From Tubulanus polymorphus (lineage: Eukaryota > Animalia > Nemertea): a stretch of DNA of 64,000 nt. The DNA is taken from assembly GCF_964204645.1 (NCBI RefSeq), contig NC_134031.1, positions 17,161,807-17,225,806 on the forward strand. The letters are read 5' to 3'. Position numbers and translations under genes: made by a program. Of the stretch, positions 11,654 through 23,717 are shown piece by piece. Below the pieces are notes generated by a model that made no database searches, was not told the DNA's origin, and saw only the letters and a list, made by a program, of their open reading frames with translations. The stretch's first letter is position 1. Every line of letters begins with the position of its first letter.

Positions 11654-13178
11654 TTAGGTGACTCCGCGCTTGGCCTTCGATTTCTTGCGGCGGCCATTCT
11701 TCTTTTCCTTTTCCTTCTTCGCTTTTTCTTTCATAGCCTCGGTGTAGCTCTTATCGAAGATCAGCGGAATCAAAGCGGCAGGTTTAGCGACTGGTTTTGG
11801 TGGAGTGATTGGTCGCGCAATTATTTCGTCGTCGTCATAAATTGGTGAGACGTTCACACGAGATTTTCTACCCCAGATCAAGTCATTGTCCGATTGCTTT
11901 TTCTTCATTCGTGCATCAATTTGCGGCAGTCTAATGTCTCCAGTGCAATCTGTAATATTAATATGTCATACAGTCGTTGCGTCATCTATTTCACGTGAGC
12001 TGATATTGTCTGAAATTTGATACATACCAGTTGGCGAAATAGTCGTGAGGCTTCTGCGCTTGCCGTTACCGATATCTGGGAAAAGTTTTGGCTGCTTCCA
12101 GGCGGGATCTTTGAAAATACCGTTTTTGCATCGCATCGCGTAAAGAGATTCATGTTTTAATTTCGAAGCCATTGCGAACGAATTGCAGTCAATATTTTCG
12201 TTGCTCCTATTTTTCTCTACAATCAATGAGAAATGATAGAAAAAAATTTATGAAGATCAAACACAGGATGTTTTAAACCCTATATTTCATTAAACCTATA
12301 CGATCTACGTAATTGATACATTTTATTACTGTTCAAATGATTGACATCATTATTACTTATGATTATTTAGTTATCTATTTTCCTTTTATCAGCATAATCG
12401 TGAAGCGTGTTTATTCAATTTTCTATCAATATCACCATTTGTTACTTAAAGATATAAAGCATTGCTCTCTGTGGAGACCCACTTAGATCCGTGTTCAACT
12501 ATGAATAAGGAATTCGCATTCTGAATCTACGTAAATGCGAAATCCGATTGCATCGCCTAAAAATTAAATCATTTGAAAATAGAAAAAAATGTGATTGTGA
12601 AAATCTAGAAATAAAGAGTGAAAAATTTTAAATGATACTTCAAACAAAGAAGTGCATTCTTAGAATGTTCATATGTTCAGAGTAGTGCTGAATATTTTTT
12701 TGTAACTTCCACTGGACTAATCACCAACTCAGAATTCCTCGAATCCCTCACACTAATGCATGAAGGCGCTTCGAAAGTTAACAAGGCCCTAAATTTAACC
12801 AAATTTTTTTTTGGCGGTGGAGGTGAAACCTCTTATTACTGAGTAAAAACTGGTGAGGATGTATAACATTTTGGCATTGTAGAGATAAATGCGGCAAGCC
12901 TCATCATTTCAGAGGGATTTAGAGGTTGATTATGAAAAATCTAGTTGAGACTGACGCCGCCTACGCCGTCGCTGATGATACACTGCCATCAAAATTTATC
13001 AGTTACGTTTTAAAACATAATGATAAGTTTTTCATTACGTATTAGAATCATCGTTATCATTGAGTTTTGAGGTCAAAATCTCGGTTCAGAATCATCGCCA
13101 ATACTCACTCGCAATACTCGGTAGTTGACGACTCGGAGGTCGGTCACCGTTGGGGTTCTGTCCCCAGTTCCAATCCAT
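11654..13178 (-). CDS. Uncharacterised 184-aa basic protein, 3 exons (13178-13109, 12216-12028, 11949-11654)
   Basis: GTGAGT and GTATGT donors and tAG/cAG acceptors join in frame: MDWNWGQNPNGDRPPSRQLPSIAK..MASKLKHESLYAMRCKNGIFKDPAW..TDCTGDIRLPQIDARMKKK..KKSKAKRGVT*. The 555 nt give 185 codons including the stop. Confidence 0.7.
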
Positions 13179-13293
13179 GATGAATTTATCAAATTATAAC
13201 GTCAGATTCGATTGCTTCTTCGTCTATTTCGTGGAAATAAATCTGCGAAGTTTGAGACTGAAGACTAGGGTCTTTAGTCGGTGGATGGAAGAT

Positions 13294-13423
13294 GTTGCTA
13301 GGACACGTATCTATGGAACTTGCATGTGACGTAGGCAGACGGCGGGACCGCCACGGGTTACCACGAGTCAGCACTCAATCTGAGGACCTTAGCGCTGCTT
13401 GCGCGCGATGTTTCCATTGATAC
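13294..13423. promoter_or_regulatory. Cluster of RFX X-box-like motifs upstream of the 184-aa gene
   Basis: GTTGCTAGGACAC (13294), GTATCTATGGAAC (13307) and GTTTCCATTGATAC (13410) resemble the X-box GTNRCC(N0-3)RGYAAC and lie 120-250 bp upstream of the ATG. Confidence 0.4.
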
Positions 13424-15057
13424 CGGCGCATGGTATTCCCAATTTGCCAAGAATATTCATCTTTTGATAGCAAAAATTGTTCTGAAAAGTTTTGTTCACG
13501 GTCTATCACATACAATCCATTTCCACAAGTAGAAACAGCTTTGTATCAACCTCTTCTCCCTTACGACTGGTCTTATGGTATCAAGCCTAGAAGCCAATTG
13601 CTCGTCGAATTAGGCCTTTTTTGATTACTTGGAGTTCGGATTTTTTCAAGAAAAATGGGAGGGCGAAGGAAAAAACAAAAAGTAAGAAAACAAACCTTTC
13701 TATAATAGGCGTTTCAAAATGGAAGGGGACAGGAAAAATTTTTTCACTATTTTCTACATAAATCCTCGAAAAGGACTGTTGAAATAAAAAGGAGCGAAAA
13801 TTGCGATGCATTTGATTCAAATGACGGGAGAAATGAAAAAAAGAAACTGTCTTGCAAATCATGAGATTAAAAGTTAAGGTGAGCAAAACTTTTGAAAGTT
13901 ACTAGATTGAAAATCAAGACGGGGTTAACATTTTTGTTTTTGAAAAATTGTGATGAACTAAAAATCCAGACTAAAAAATATCTATTTCTTTAATTTGATG
14001 ATTTTGCAGAATTCTGGGAGGCGGATCCGTACTCCAAGTAATTTAAAATAGCCTTAAGAGATAGCGATGGTGTCTTTGCCGTGTTGTGGCTCGTTAGTTT
14101 GGAGTCTGATCTATGTGGGTACTGGGGCTATGTCCATCGAACTGCTTCAAGCCGATGTTGGGGGTTGACTACACTTGCAGCTGTGTACAGCTTCAAAGCT
14201 AGCTTGGTGTCCCATATTGTAAATCAACTATTCAATATATTTTGTTCAATTAGAAAAATGTGGAGAAAATAAATCATGTCATATTATCACAGATGCAGCC
14301 AAATCTTTCAGATGAATCAAACAAAATGATGAAACAACACCTTAATCGTTATATATAAGATAATAAATGATTTTATTTGTATCTTTGCACAGATGAGAGA
14401 CCAGTATGATAAAGAACAAGAAAGCTATTGCATTATTACCCTGGTATGCTCTTACGATGAGATTCGATGATTTTCAACGAAAAAGCACAGCAAATTACAA
14501 ATAGATTACTCGTAACTTGATAAATTTTGGGAATGGCTTTGATCGAATACAGTGTTGTAGAAGATTTGGAATGCTCAGCATTTTCCTAGAAGAAACATCA
14601 ATTCTAATTGAGACAATCAGCTCACAATCGACTAGTAATCAGTTATGGAACACAGGTGAATTCTGCGTTGGAAGAAGATTATAGGAATATCGAGATACCG
14701 AAATGCAACAGCTAATTCTAAATACAAACAAGTTATTACGCAATAACGTTACACATACTAGGTATAAACTATAGAAAACAACAACATCGATTCACGCACA
14801 AAAATAAACAACCGATCACTGGCAGCGCGCGCGCCTAAATCTATAAAATCACACAAACGCATATAATTCTATAAGTCATCATTCATTTATATGGAATGTA
14901 AACATTTCCATCTTAAATTTTGGAATTAAAATCATGATCTCTGTACATGATTTCGAATTGTTTTTGTGCATTATATGAATATTGTTTAACTGTACACACG
15001 GGCCGCTTTAATACGAACTATCATGTTGTGGTATAAAATGATTGTTTTTCATGGTTA

Positions 15058-15502
15058 AGCTAAAAAAAAATTGATACCTTTTCCAGGGCTGCCAACCTCT
15101 AAAAAGTGCTATCAGTAACAAATTGAATTTTTTTCAGTAATATTTCATTGAGATATGAAAAAAAATGTTCAAATTAATCGGTAATCAAAAGTCTGACCCT
15201 CTCAGTAACATCTTTCATATTTCTGTACGCATCAAACAAATCAAATCAGTATTTCTCATTATAAAATAGTAGCAAATACTGAAAATCAGGAAAAGTTGGC
15301 AGCTCTGCTTTTCTTGTTTCTGCTGAGCTAAAAAATTGACCTGTCCGGCCGCCTATCTACTCTGTACAATACTCTTTTTTCTAAATCACGATCAAGCTTA
15401 CCATAACTGACCTGGCAGTTTGAACTGATTACAAATTTTATTGCACTTTACAAAATGACCCGACCAATTACGAGAAATAAGGTATCGTTAGTTTTGTTAG
15501 CC
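15058..15502. mobile_element. MITE (GGCTAAAAAAATTGATACCTTG family) interrupted by a nested hAT-like MITE
   Basis: Matches the uninterrupted copy at 38808-39026 on both sides of an insertion at 15084-15307. Confidence 0.75.
15084..15307. mobile_element. hAT-like MITE
   Basis: TIRs CAGGGCTGCCAAC / GTTGGCAGCTCTG with an apparent CTTTTC flanking duplication. Confidence 0.7.
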
Positions 15503-15577
15503 TAGTATATTTTAACAAGTATATGATACATGCAATGCCTCGTATAAAATCGTTCGTTGGTCACATTTCATATCTCA

Positions 15578-18084
15578 CTAAGTACCGAAACTTAAACGTT
15601 GCGAACACACGTGTAAAATCAAAGTCACGAAACTCAACACGACTACAACGGTGCTCGCGTGCAGCGCGGCGCTTCTTCCGAACGGCGTCGGATCGAAGTT
15701 AAAACAACCGTGTTTTCCTTCGACGACGATGAAATCTTGCGCGTCGCAGAATTCTTCGCCGCTCGCGTATATTTTAGCTGAAAGGAGGGAGATAGAACAT
15801 TGATTAATATAAAACATCGATTAATATAGAACATTGATGATTATAAAACATGGATTTATATTTTATATCTTTTTTTAATCTTTTAGCTGAAAGGAATGAT
15901 AGAACTTTTACAAATTTTTAGAAATATTGATGATTAATATGTCCGTAATATTTGCCGCTAATGTCAATTTCAATCTATTTCATTGATTTTCCCTACTCGA
16001 GGAAGATTACTTGCTATGTACTCAGCCTGCGCAGATCTACTTCTCCTGTTCTGGGGTCAATCGCAGCCACTTTATATCAGGGTAATCCACATCGCGTGGC
16101 CTAGCTCAGCAGTAATACATACCTGATGTAGGTCTTAATAGGACCAGAATTCACTGGCAGTTGATCGAAAACATCGATTTTTAATCCATTCAACACAGTA
16201 TAGAAGGATAACCAAAAACTCCCGGCAAAAACTCCCCTTTAAATGGTGTTGTCTCTGAGAGAAGAGGCACCATTTTCATAAATAAATCAAGTTTAACAAT
16301 ATGTTCTATCCCTACCAACTGAAGATTTTTTCAAATCGTCAAAAATCATGGTAGGTAGGCATGGAAACATATTGTTGAAAATTCAATTCAAATTACGGAG
16401 TCACTTTTCTTTATTCAACCCCATTCAATGACAACTTTGTGGTGATTCTTCAATACAGCATAAGATGGATTAAGAATCGTTGTTTCAGACCAACTGCCCA
16501 CTCATGTTGGTTCTATTAAGACCTATATCAGGCATTTGAAAACTGACTCGAGCTAGGTCAACAGATGTCCTCTCATTTTTTTCAATTTACCTATTTCAAT
16601 CTTTTTATATTCAGCTCCGCGACAGTCTTCGTATAAAGATCGACAGAATTCGGCACAAACATGAGCTTTTCTAGAAAATTATACAAGGTAGAGAAATATG
16701 AAAAATCGAAATGACTTCAAATCTAAAATATAGACCGAATCCTGGACCCACATTTCAGGGTCCAATTTCATAAAAAATTGTTAGTAAAATTTCAACTTTA
16801 GTTGTGTGGTTGGCTACTTCATGTCATGTTGTCAGTGAGGATAACAATTCAAAGTTTTAAGCTTTTTTGTGAAACAGGACCCAGTTTCACAGTTGTGAGT
16901 TAGAGTTAACTCTGAGTTAAAGTTAGTTCATTTTCAACGAGTTAACTCAGAGTCAAATCTTAACTCGGAACTGTGGAACTGGACCCAGGACCTTGGATTG
17001 AATTTGAATCAAAACTCAAATAGTTAACTGTAACTGGAAATCAAGTCCTGGTCATCGATGAATCATTTTAGCATTTAGAGATTGAGAAAATGAAAATGAA
17101 GATCTTTAGGAATACCTAGGAAACTTACTTTCTGTACCAGAGATGCTGTTCCGGGCTGCAGAAGTAGCACATCATGTAGTTAAGTTTGTTGGCGCACGAT
17201 TTCGAAGCTTTGTGCAACGGGTACATTCCGGAAAATACGGACGTCACCTCCGTACGTTTACAGCACGAGTTCGATGCGTACCACGAACAGTTTATCAGAC
17301 TACTTTCAGGAGAAGAGAAACGACCGGGTCCTGAATTGAAACAATCATTTCGAAAAAAGGGTTCATTGAAGCCTAGTTAGTTACCTAATCGTTGGTGGTA
17401 AGCTTTTTATAATCGGATGGGGGTAAGATTCAAGAATAGGGGACTAGTGGTTAGGTTTAGGGTTAGGTTTAGTTCCCTAATCTTCATTAATTACTATATA
17501 TATTACTATCATTATATGTCATCATTATCAATTACTATTATTATTACTTATTTGATTACTTTCACTCCATATATATTGCTATAGTCCCCTATTCTTGAAT
17601 CGCACCCGGATGGGCTTACACCAACGTTATGTGGTTTGTGAAAATATTCAATCGTGAAACTAAACCACCAGACAGGGAACTGATTAATTGAAGCCCAGCC
17701 CTAAGGGGAAAATTTCCATGCAATATGTCGTGTTGATATTTCAGTATCAATAGTCTGTCCTAAACAATAATTCCTTACATACCGTATACAGAAACCGTAT
17801 TAATTTAGCAAAGAAATTAAAAATATCTAAACCTCAATGAACATAATTGTCAAATTGAATAATTGGATATTGAATTGATTCGCTCATCCACTCTATATAT
17901 GGAAGATCTCATTTTAAGTCGGATTTACGCAAAACTAATTTCGATAGGCGGAATATTTTAACGTACCGAAGAAAGTACAACTTTTTTGGGTATTATCAAC
18001 ACCGTTCGTCGATCCCCTGATGTCTGTAAACGATAGAAAAATAAGAAAAATCGCCAAAAATCCGTAACAAGTAAACGAAGCCAT
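15578..18084 (-). CDS. Folate-receptor/riboflavin-binding-protein family (FOLR/Juno-like) secreted, probably GPI-anchored, ~200 aa; exons 18084-17967, 17330-17129, 16670-16591, 15777-15578
   Basis: In-frame splicing gives a signal peptide (MASFTCYGFLAIFLIFLSFTDIRG), then NCSWYASNSCC, CANKLNYMMCYFCSPEQHLW, VCAEFCRSLYEDC, SGEEFC, GCF and a hydrophobic C-terminal tail. The Cys pattern is typical of the Folate_rec fold. Confidence 0.8.
16095..16565. mobile_element. Long imperfect foldback (inverted-repeat) element in the last intron of the FOLR-like gene
   Basis: The left arm (cctagctc..cctgatgtaggtcttaatagga..ggcagttg..ttaatccat..aacaatatgtt) is the reverse complement of the right arm (aacatattgtt..atggattaa..caactgcc..ctattaagacctatatcagg..gagctagg); centre ~16335. 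Confidence 0.7.
16758..16986. mobile_element. Two abutting Harbinger-like palindromic MITEs
   Basis: 16758-16882 (gggtccaatttcat..gtgaaacaggaccc) has a related inverted copy at 55135-55244. 16877-16986 (ggacccagtttcacagttgtgagtt..aactgtggaactggaccc) has a related copy at 63308-63399. Confidence 0.7.
17373..17690. mobile_element. Short dispersed element (TAGTTAGTTACCTAATCGTTGG family) carrying a nested insertion
   Basis: Uninterrupted copies at ~50418-50505, ~50781-50888 and (inverted) ~55060-55120. Confidence 0.75.
17422..17606. mobile_element. MITE with 25-bp TIRs and 8-bp TSD (Merlin/hAT-like)
   Basis: TIRs GGTAAGATTCAAGAATAGGGGACTA / TAGTCCCCTATTCTTGAATCGCACC. TSD CGGATGGG at 17414-17421 and 17607-17614. 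Internal GGTTAG(G) repeats. Confidence 0.85.
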
Positions 18085-18535
18085 ATTGGAGCATTAAAGT
18101 CAAATTCATGTCGGGCTTTATTTCAAAAGAAATCGAATTTGATTTAGACATTAAATCATATTCAATTTCCAGTGATGATTATCAAAGATAGTCTTTTTTC
18201 CTTTTAAATCGCCCGTTTTAGGAACTATGCTCAATCTGGAAAGATCTATGAACCTGTATTCGTCTTGTCCCACCCCAAACGGGCTATGCCGTCTACGATC
18301 TAGTTCCAACCATAGATTTATTGGATTACTTCCTGCTTTCTGTCAAAAAAAGAAAATCGAATTCGAACCAGGATCGGGTTTGTGGATAATCTTTGCTAGA
18401 TTAAGGTGATTAAGTAAAGTAAGTGAAAGTGTCTTAAAATGTAATTTTAATTTCGATTGCGTTTAGAATTTATATATCAGAAAATGTGACTCTCTGCTTC
18501 TTCTTCCGCAGTTTCAGGGACAGGGTTGTAGAAAA

Positions 18536-21500
18536 ATGAATCTCTCGTGCGAATTCGACAAAGAGAAGTTATCGAATTCACTCATCGAAGCCGTCATCAG
18601 GTTTTGCCACGATAACGTATCGTTCAAAAACTACTTGAAAGTGTCCGGTAAAGTGACGCTCGACATCGACAGCGTCACCTGGTCGACGAATATCAACGAA
18701 GTTTTCTCGTCGACCAGCGATACGATTACCTTGCCGGACTTTTCTTTGGACCCGATCGCGTCCGCTAACGTCGATGACGCCGACAAAAGCGATCTGGAGC
18801 CGCCCGTTTGCGCGGTGGAGGCGACCGCGAAGTTTCCCGATATCGAGTCGATTCGCAATATGCCCGATTTGTATCCGCGAATCGAACAGATTCACTGCGA
18901 AGAGAAAGACAATATGGCCGCCGTCGCGCGGCACCGTCACATGTCCGACGGAATCGCGAATCTCCTGCACAGAAATTCGATATTTCAACCGTTCTCCCAG
19001 TTCCACCCGACGACGAGCGAATCTCACCTCGTAAACTACTCGCCGAATAAACGAAAACGTTGGAAAAGCGGTCTTCCCGAATCGGACAACTTCACGCACC
19101 ACGACTTCGAAGAGAAAGAAAAGTCGGTTTACGAAATTCTCGGACTCGATACATTCTTCGCCAATCAAAACGAACCATCCGGCGACGGCGCGGCGTACTC
19201 GGGCGGCGGACGTCATAAAACGATCAGCATGTCTTCGGATAAAATGAGTTTAAGCGACATCAAAGAATTTCTGCTGACGCCGCGACTGGACAAACAGATC
19301 GGCGCGAACGAACCGCCGCGCGATAAAGAAGATGACGCAGGCCCGGCCGATGTCGAATCTTTCCTCGTGAAATGCGGCGACGAGAATCGAATGGTCGCGT
19401 CCGAAAGCGCCGGGTTGAGCGAAGAGCACTGCTGCGCCGGTATCGACGAAGATTTGACGCAGATGTTGCAGGTTTTGTCGTCGGACGGCGACGAATGTAT
19501 GGTAGAGCGGCCGAACGGCGAGATTCTGCCGTCGTCGGTAAAAAATGAACTACCGGTAGCTGCTGCTGCTGCTGCGACGAGTGAGGAACTCATCGCTCAG
19601 CCGACGTTCATCGCGTGTATGAACGACGGCGAGAACATCGTCACGATACGAGAGTCGGATTGTTGCGGTCTTCAATCGGCGGTCGGCGTCGTCGAAAAAT
19701 CACCCGATTCCAATTTTCAGAAGCCGTGTTTGAAGAAGAAAAGGAAAGCGCGGAAAAGCAAACCGAAAAAACAGCGGAATTCGAATCCAACCGTCGCTGA
19801 AATACTGATGCAAGAAAGTCATGTTAATGTTTTATGGGACGGACCTCATCAGAAGAAGTTATGCAGGTACATCTTTTTAAATCCAAGACTTTTCTCATCT
19901 AAATGCTCAATGAATAAGTATCAATAAGTATTCAAGGGAAGACCAAGGGCTCTAGTCCTGCCCTGAATTATTATTATCATCATAATTATTACAAAACATT
20001 TTTTGAAATTCATGCCGATTCGGTCTCATGATTCATGATCAAAATCTCCTTTCCAATGCCTAGAAAGGGCCTCAAATTTTCCTAGACCCTCCTTCTTGGC
20101 TTTTGGGTGACCCTAATGGCAGGAAAAAGGTGCCATAGAAATGTCGGTCGACCTAAAAATAACCCTAGATTCGCCCATGATTATCATGATTATTATTATT
20201 GTTAATAGGTATTGTCTGAAGGAGTACGACGAGAAAGAAGGACTCGAAGAGGAGCGTCAGCAGCCGCATGTCTGCGAGGAGATGATCTGCACGTTCTGCG
20301 GGGAACATTTCGCGACGGAAACGGAATACGCGAAACACGTATCGAAAGAACATTTTTCGTGTTATGTTTGCGACGAAATATTCACCGACGAAGTGACGAC
20401 GATTAATCATAAATATATCGAACATCAACACTTGATTTGTAGGCTTTGCGATCGGTTGTTCAGATCGGAATCGCGTCTGAAAGAGCACGGCAAGACGCAT
20501 TTAAACACGCAGGGAATTACTGTCAGTAAAATTCAAGATTCGCACGCCGATGCCTTAATACCTGTAAGTATAAACTCTAAAGCTCATTCCTCGTCCTTCT
20601 CATACGAGTAGAGAACGTTGCGCTTTCAAATAAGATATTGCTGATAATTTTGGGCATTCACATCCTTCAATTTATGTTGTGCCAAGGTTATTTTCGATTG
20701 ACATCTATCGATTTCGACCACGGAATACGCTTTTTACCCTATTCCAGAATACTCTGTAAACCTGTTATTAGAGAATGACCTGTTAAAGAGTTGGTAATCT
20801 GGAATTGGTATGCCTAAATCGGAATACTACCCAAGTTTGCTAAATAGATACCGGGATTAAAGCTCGGCAAAAACACTGGCTGACGATTTCTGTCAAATGA
20901 TAATTGCTTTACCAAATTTGATCATTTCCTAGTATCAAATCAGTCAATAATGAGAATTTGTAGTCGTTTAGTGAAAATGATGATTTAATTTTGTAGACAA
21001 CAAGCTCCATCAGTAAATGTAACTATTGTGAAATATGCAGTAAAGTGTTTCTAAATGATACAAAGTACCAGCAACATATGGAGCAACATTCAGGTAATAT
21101 TGATAGTTGTCAGTCGTCTGATTTGAGTCTTGAGTAAAAATCTGCTTATTTCTCGAAAATCTTCTAGATTCAAATTTTTTGGATTACATAGGTTGCTATT
21201 CATTACTTTATGTTTTCAATTGTCAGCTTGGCTCTGGAGTACATTAACATACCGATTCATATATCTGTTTTCTTTGTTGCAGTTACGAAACCGTTTCAAT
21301 GTGAAATCTGCGGTAAATCGTTCCGACTGAAAAGACTTCTTCGTCAGCACATATTGACGCATAACAAAGAGAAAGAGTGGATCTGCCAGATTTGTAACAA
21401 GGGTTTTAAAGTAAGATGGGAGATATTTCATTATCTAAAAACTGGAAACTCCTTGTAAGCGCCAATTGTAAATATAGAATTCCACACTCTTAAAGAAAAA

Positions 21501-23035
21501 ACTCTTGGTTTCCTTTAGTTAATGGTATAATGGTTTATTGTCAATGTTTTGACGGCCATATATCTCGATGATCGTATTCGGGAATACTTAATAAATTATA
21601 TTTTACAATATGTAACAATACGGGGTTCATCAATATTAATCCGTCTGTTGTTCACGTGTTTCAGACTCGTACGAATATGAACAATCACATGAGAATACAC
21701 AACATAGATAAACCGCACGTGTGCCTCGAGTGTAAAAAAGGATTCCGTCAAGTTGAAACTCTTATCAGTCACAGAAAACGTCATAACAACGGAAAGAAGT
21801 TCGTTTGTGAGGTTTGTATGTTTAACAGGGTTTAGTAGCAGTTGCCCTACCCCCCAGTATTTTTGGAAAAATTCCCTTTCGTTACTTTTTGGGTGACAGT
21901 GACCCCCCTCTTAAGTCAAATGCTAGGTACAGCCCTGTTTAGTCACGTTACTGATCAGTTGTGAAGTACTGTCTCCCTCTGATAAGTTGCTACATCACTT
22001 CTCTTCTCTATTTTTTAAGTCCTGATTTGTATTTCTAATTCAGTTAACTAAGATTATACCATCATGACATTTGTATCAGCTATGGCAACTTCGACTAGTA
22101 TTTCGAATGTCAATTCTGCAATTATTTTGTAAACAAGAAAATTGAAAATTGCTCTCATTCATCGACGCGTTTTCAATCTATAAGATTCTTGCGCAGTTGA
22201 AAATTTGATTCGTCTAATCCTGTCTGAATTATAGATTTGTTTGAAAGTCTTGTCGAATGAGGTGACGTTACGCGAGCATCTCTGCATGACTCACTCCGAT
22301 ATCGAGTACAAGTGTCCGAAATGCGATCTTTACTTCAAACAAAAGTACGTTTTTAAATCATTTTTACGGTTGTCATTTTAATGATTTCGGCATAATTTTC
22401 GGAGATCTTATTTTTCGTTTTATTCTGCCAGACGCGCTATTCGTCGGCACTTACAGGTGAAACACAACGAGGGAGATAAGAAATGGGCTTGTTATCTGTG
22501 TCAGCAGAAGTTCCCGGCTAAAGATTATCTCAGTGTAAGCAATTTTGGTTCTCGGGCTTCCACGAGACCCTTATTCTCATACTGTCTGTCTATCTGGGTC
22601 TGTGTGTCTGTCATCCAGCTACTTAGCTTCGTTAATAGCGGGCCGATCCTGGTGAAACTGTTTCACAGTGACATGACCTTTAAGACATGACATCATAATC
22701 GGGGAACAGGGCTGAAATTCAAAAAGTTATCCTGACAAAATTTAGCTCTTGGCTCTAGATGCAATATATCCGAAACGCAATGGGAACTAATGCATGGGAA
22801 TTTCTGAGTTCGAGTCTGAGCCCAAGAACCATTGTCGCCTATGGCTTGTTGATGATTTTACAATCTTCGCTGGGCTCAAATTCGGATGAGGCGTTTCGCG
22901 AAAATCTCAGTTTTGTTATTTTTACGTATATTTCAGTATCACATGAAGACAAAACATACAAATGAAAGTAACAGTTTACAGTTGTTATCGGTAGCGGCGG
23001 AAATGGTGATCAATTCGAAACCGGAAACTAATTAG
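18536..23035 (+). CDS. Multi-C2H2 zinc-finger protein; exons 18536-19866, 20209-20563, 20997-21093, 21283-21410, 21665-21811, 22235-22344, 22432-22534, 22937-23035
   Basis: About 10 C2H2 fingers (CTFC..H..H, CYVC, CRLC, CEIC, FQCEICGKSF..HILTH, CQIC, CLEC, CEIC, CPKC, CYLC) are spliced in frame through canonical GT-AG sites. They follow a long acidic N-terminal region with a KKKRKARK NLS-like stretch. Confidence 0.9.
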
Positions 23036-23549
23036 ATGCAGTTATCGGTGTTAATCCTCGTAAAGATTCGTTTATCGAAAAGTTATTTTCGACAAAATTT
23101 GGTAAACTATAATGTCCTTAGTTTAATAATAGCGCACCTTAATCCTCTTGAATCAATGATTTGATCTTTTCTTACTTTCAGATGGTCGTAAAGTGAGTCG
23201 ATATTCGTCTCTGTCAAACAATGTATCTCATCTAGTCATAAGTCGGAGTACTATTGAACTTTATTTTTATAATATTTTACTAAATATACCATAAATAGAT
23301 AATGGTCTTTTTTCCTGGTTGAAATATACATGTTTATATTAATATAACCAATAAGCAGTGTCAATTTTGATGTTTTGTGGGATGTCTTCCAAGGGTTTAT
23401 GGTAAGGATATCTGCAACTGAAGTGAGAGGACAACTGCTAGTGACTCGAAAGAGAAATTAACCTCATTGTACCATCAAGTTCAGTAAAGTCATCATGTGA
23501 TAAGTCATTTCATACACTGAAATTGTCTATTTTTGAGACCGACTTTCTA

Positions 23550-23717
23550 CAGTGGAACCTAGTTTTAACGACCTCGGATATAACAATTTATATAGAATTT
23601 CGTCCCAAATACGACGATATCTTTTAATTACTTTCATACTGGATATATTAAACTATCGGTTATAACGAACAGATTTTCTGATTTGCGGCCGAAGTTCGTT
23701 GCAATGAGGTTCCACTG
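23550..23717. mobile_element. Tc1/mariner (pogo/Tigger-like) MITE
   Basis: TA|CAGTGGAACCT...AGGTTCCACTG|TA; family copy at 48297-48473. Confidence 0.8.

Noticed and set aside
13990-14330. Possible plus-strand exons (AG at 14008, GT at 14037) of a divergent transcript
   Set aside because: No coherent ORF could be built, and a lncRNA cannot be supported without RNA data.
18578-19593. Antisense ORFs of 212 and 126 aa, and the many short ORFs overlapping 984-5402
   Set aside because: These are shadows of GC/CpG-rich coding exons on the opposite strand, with no independent features.
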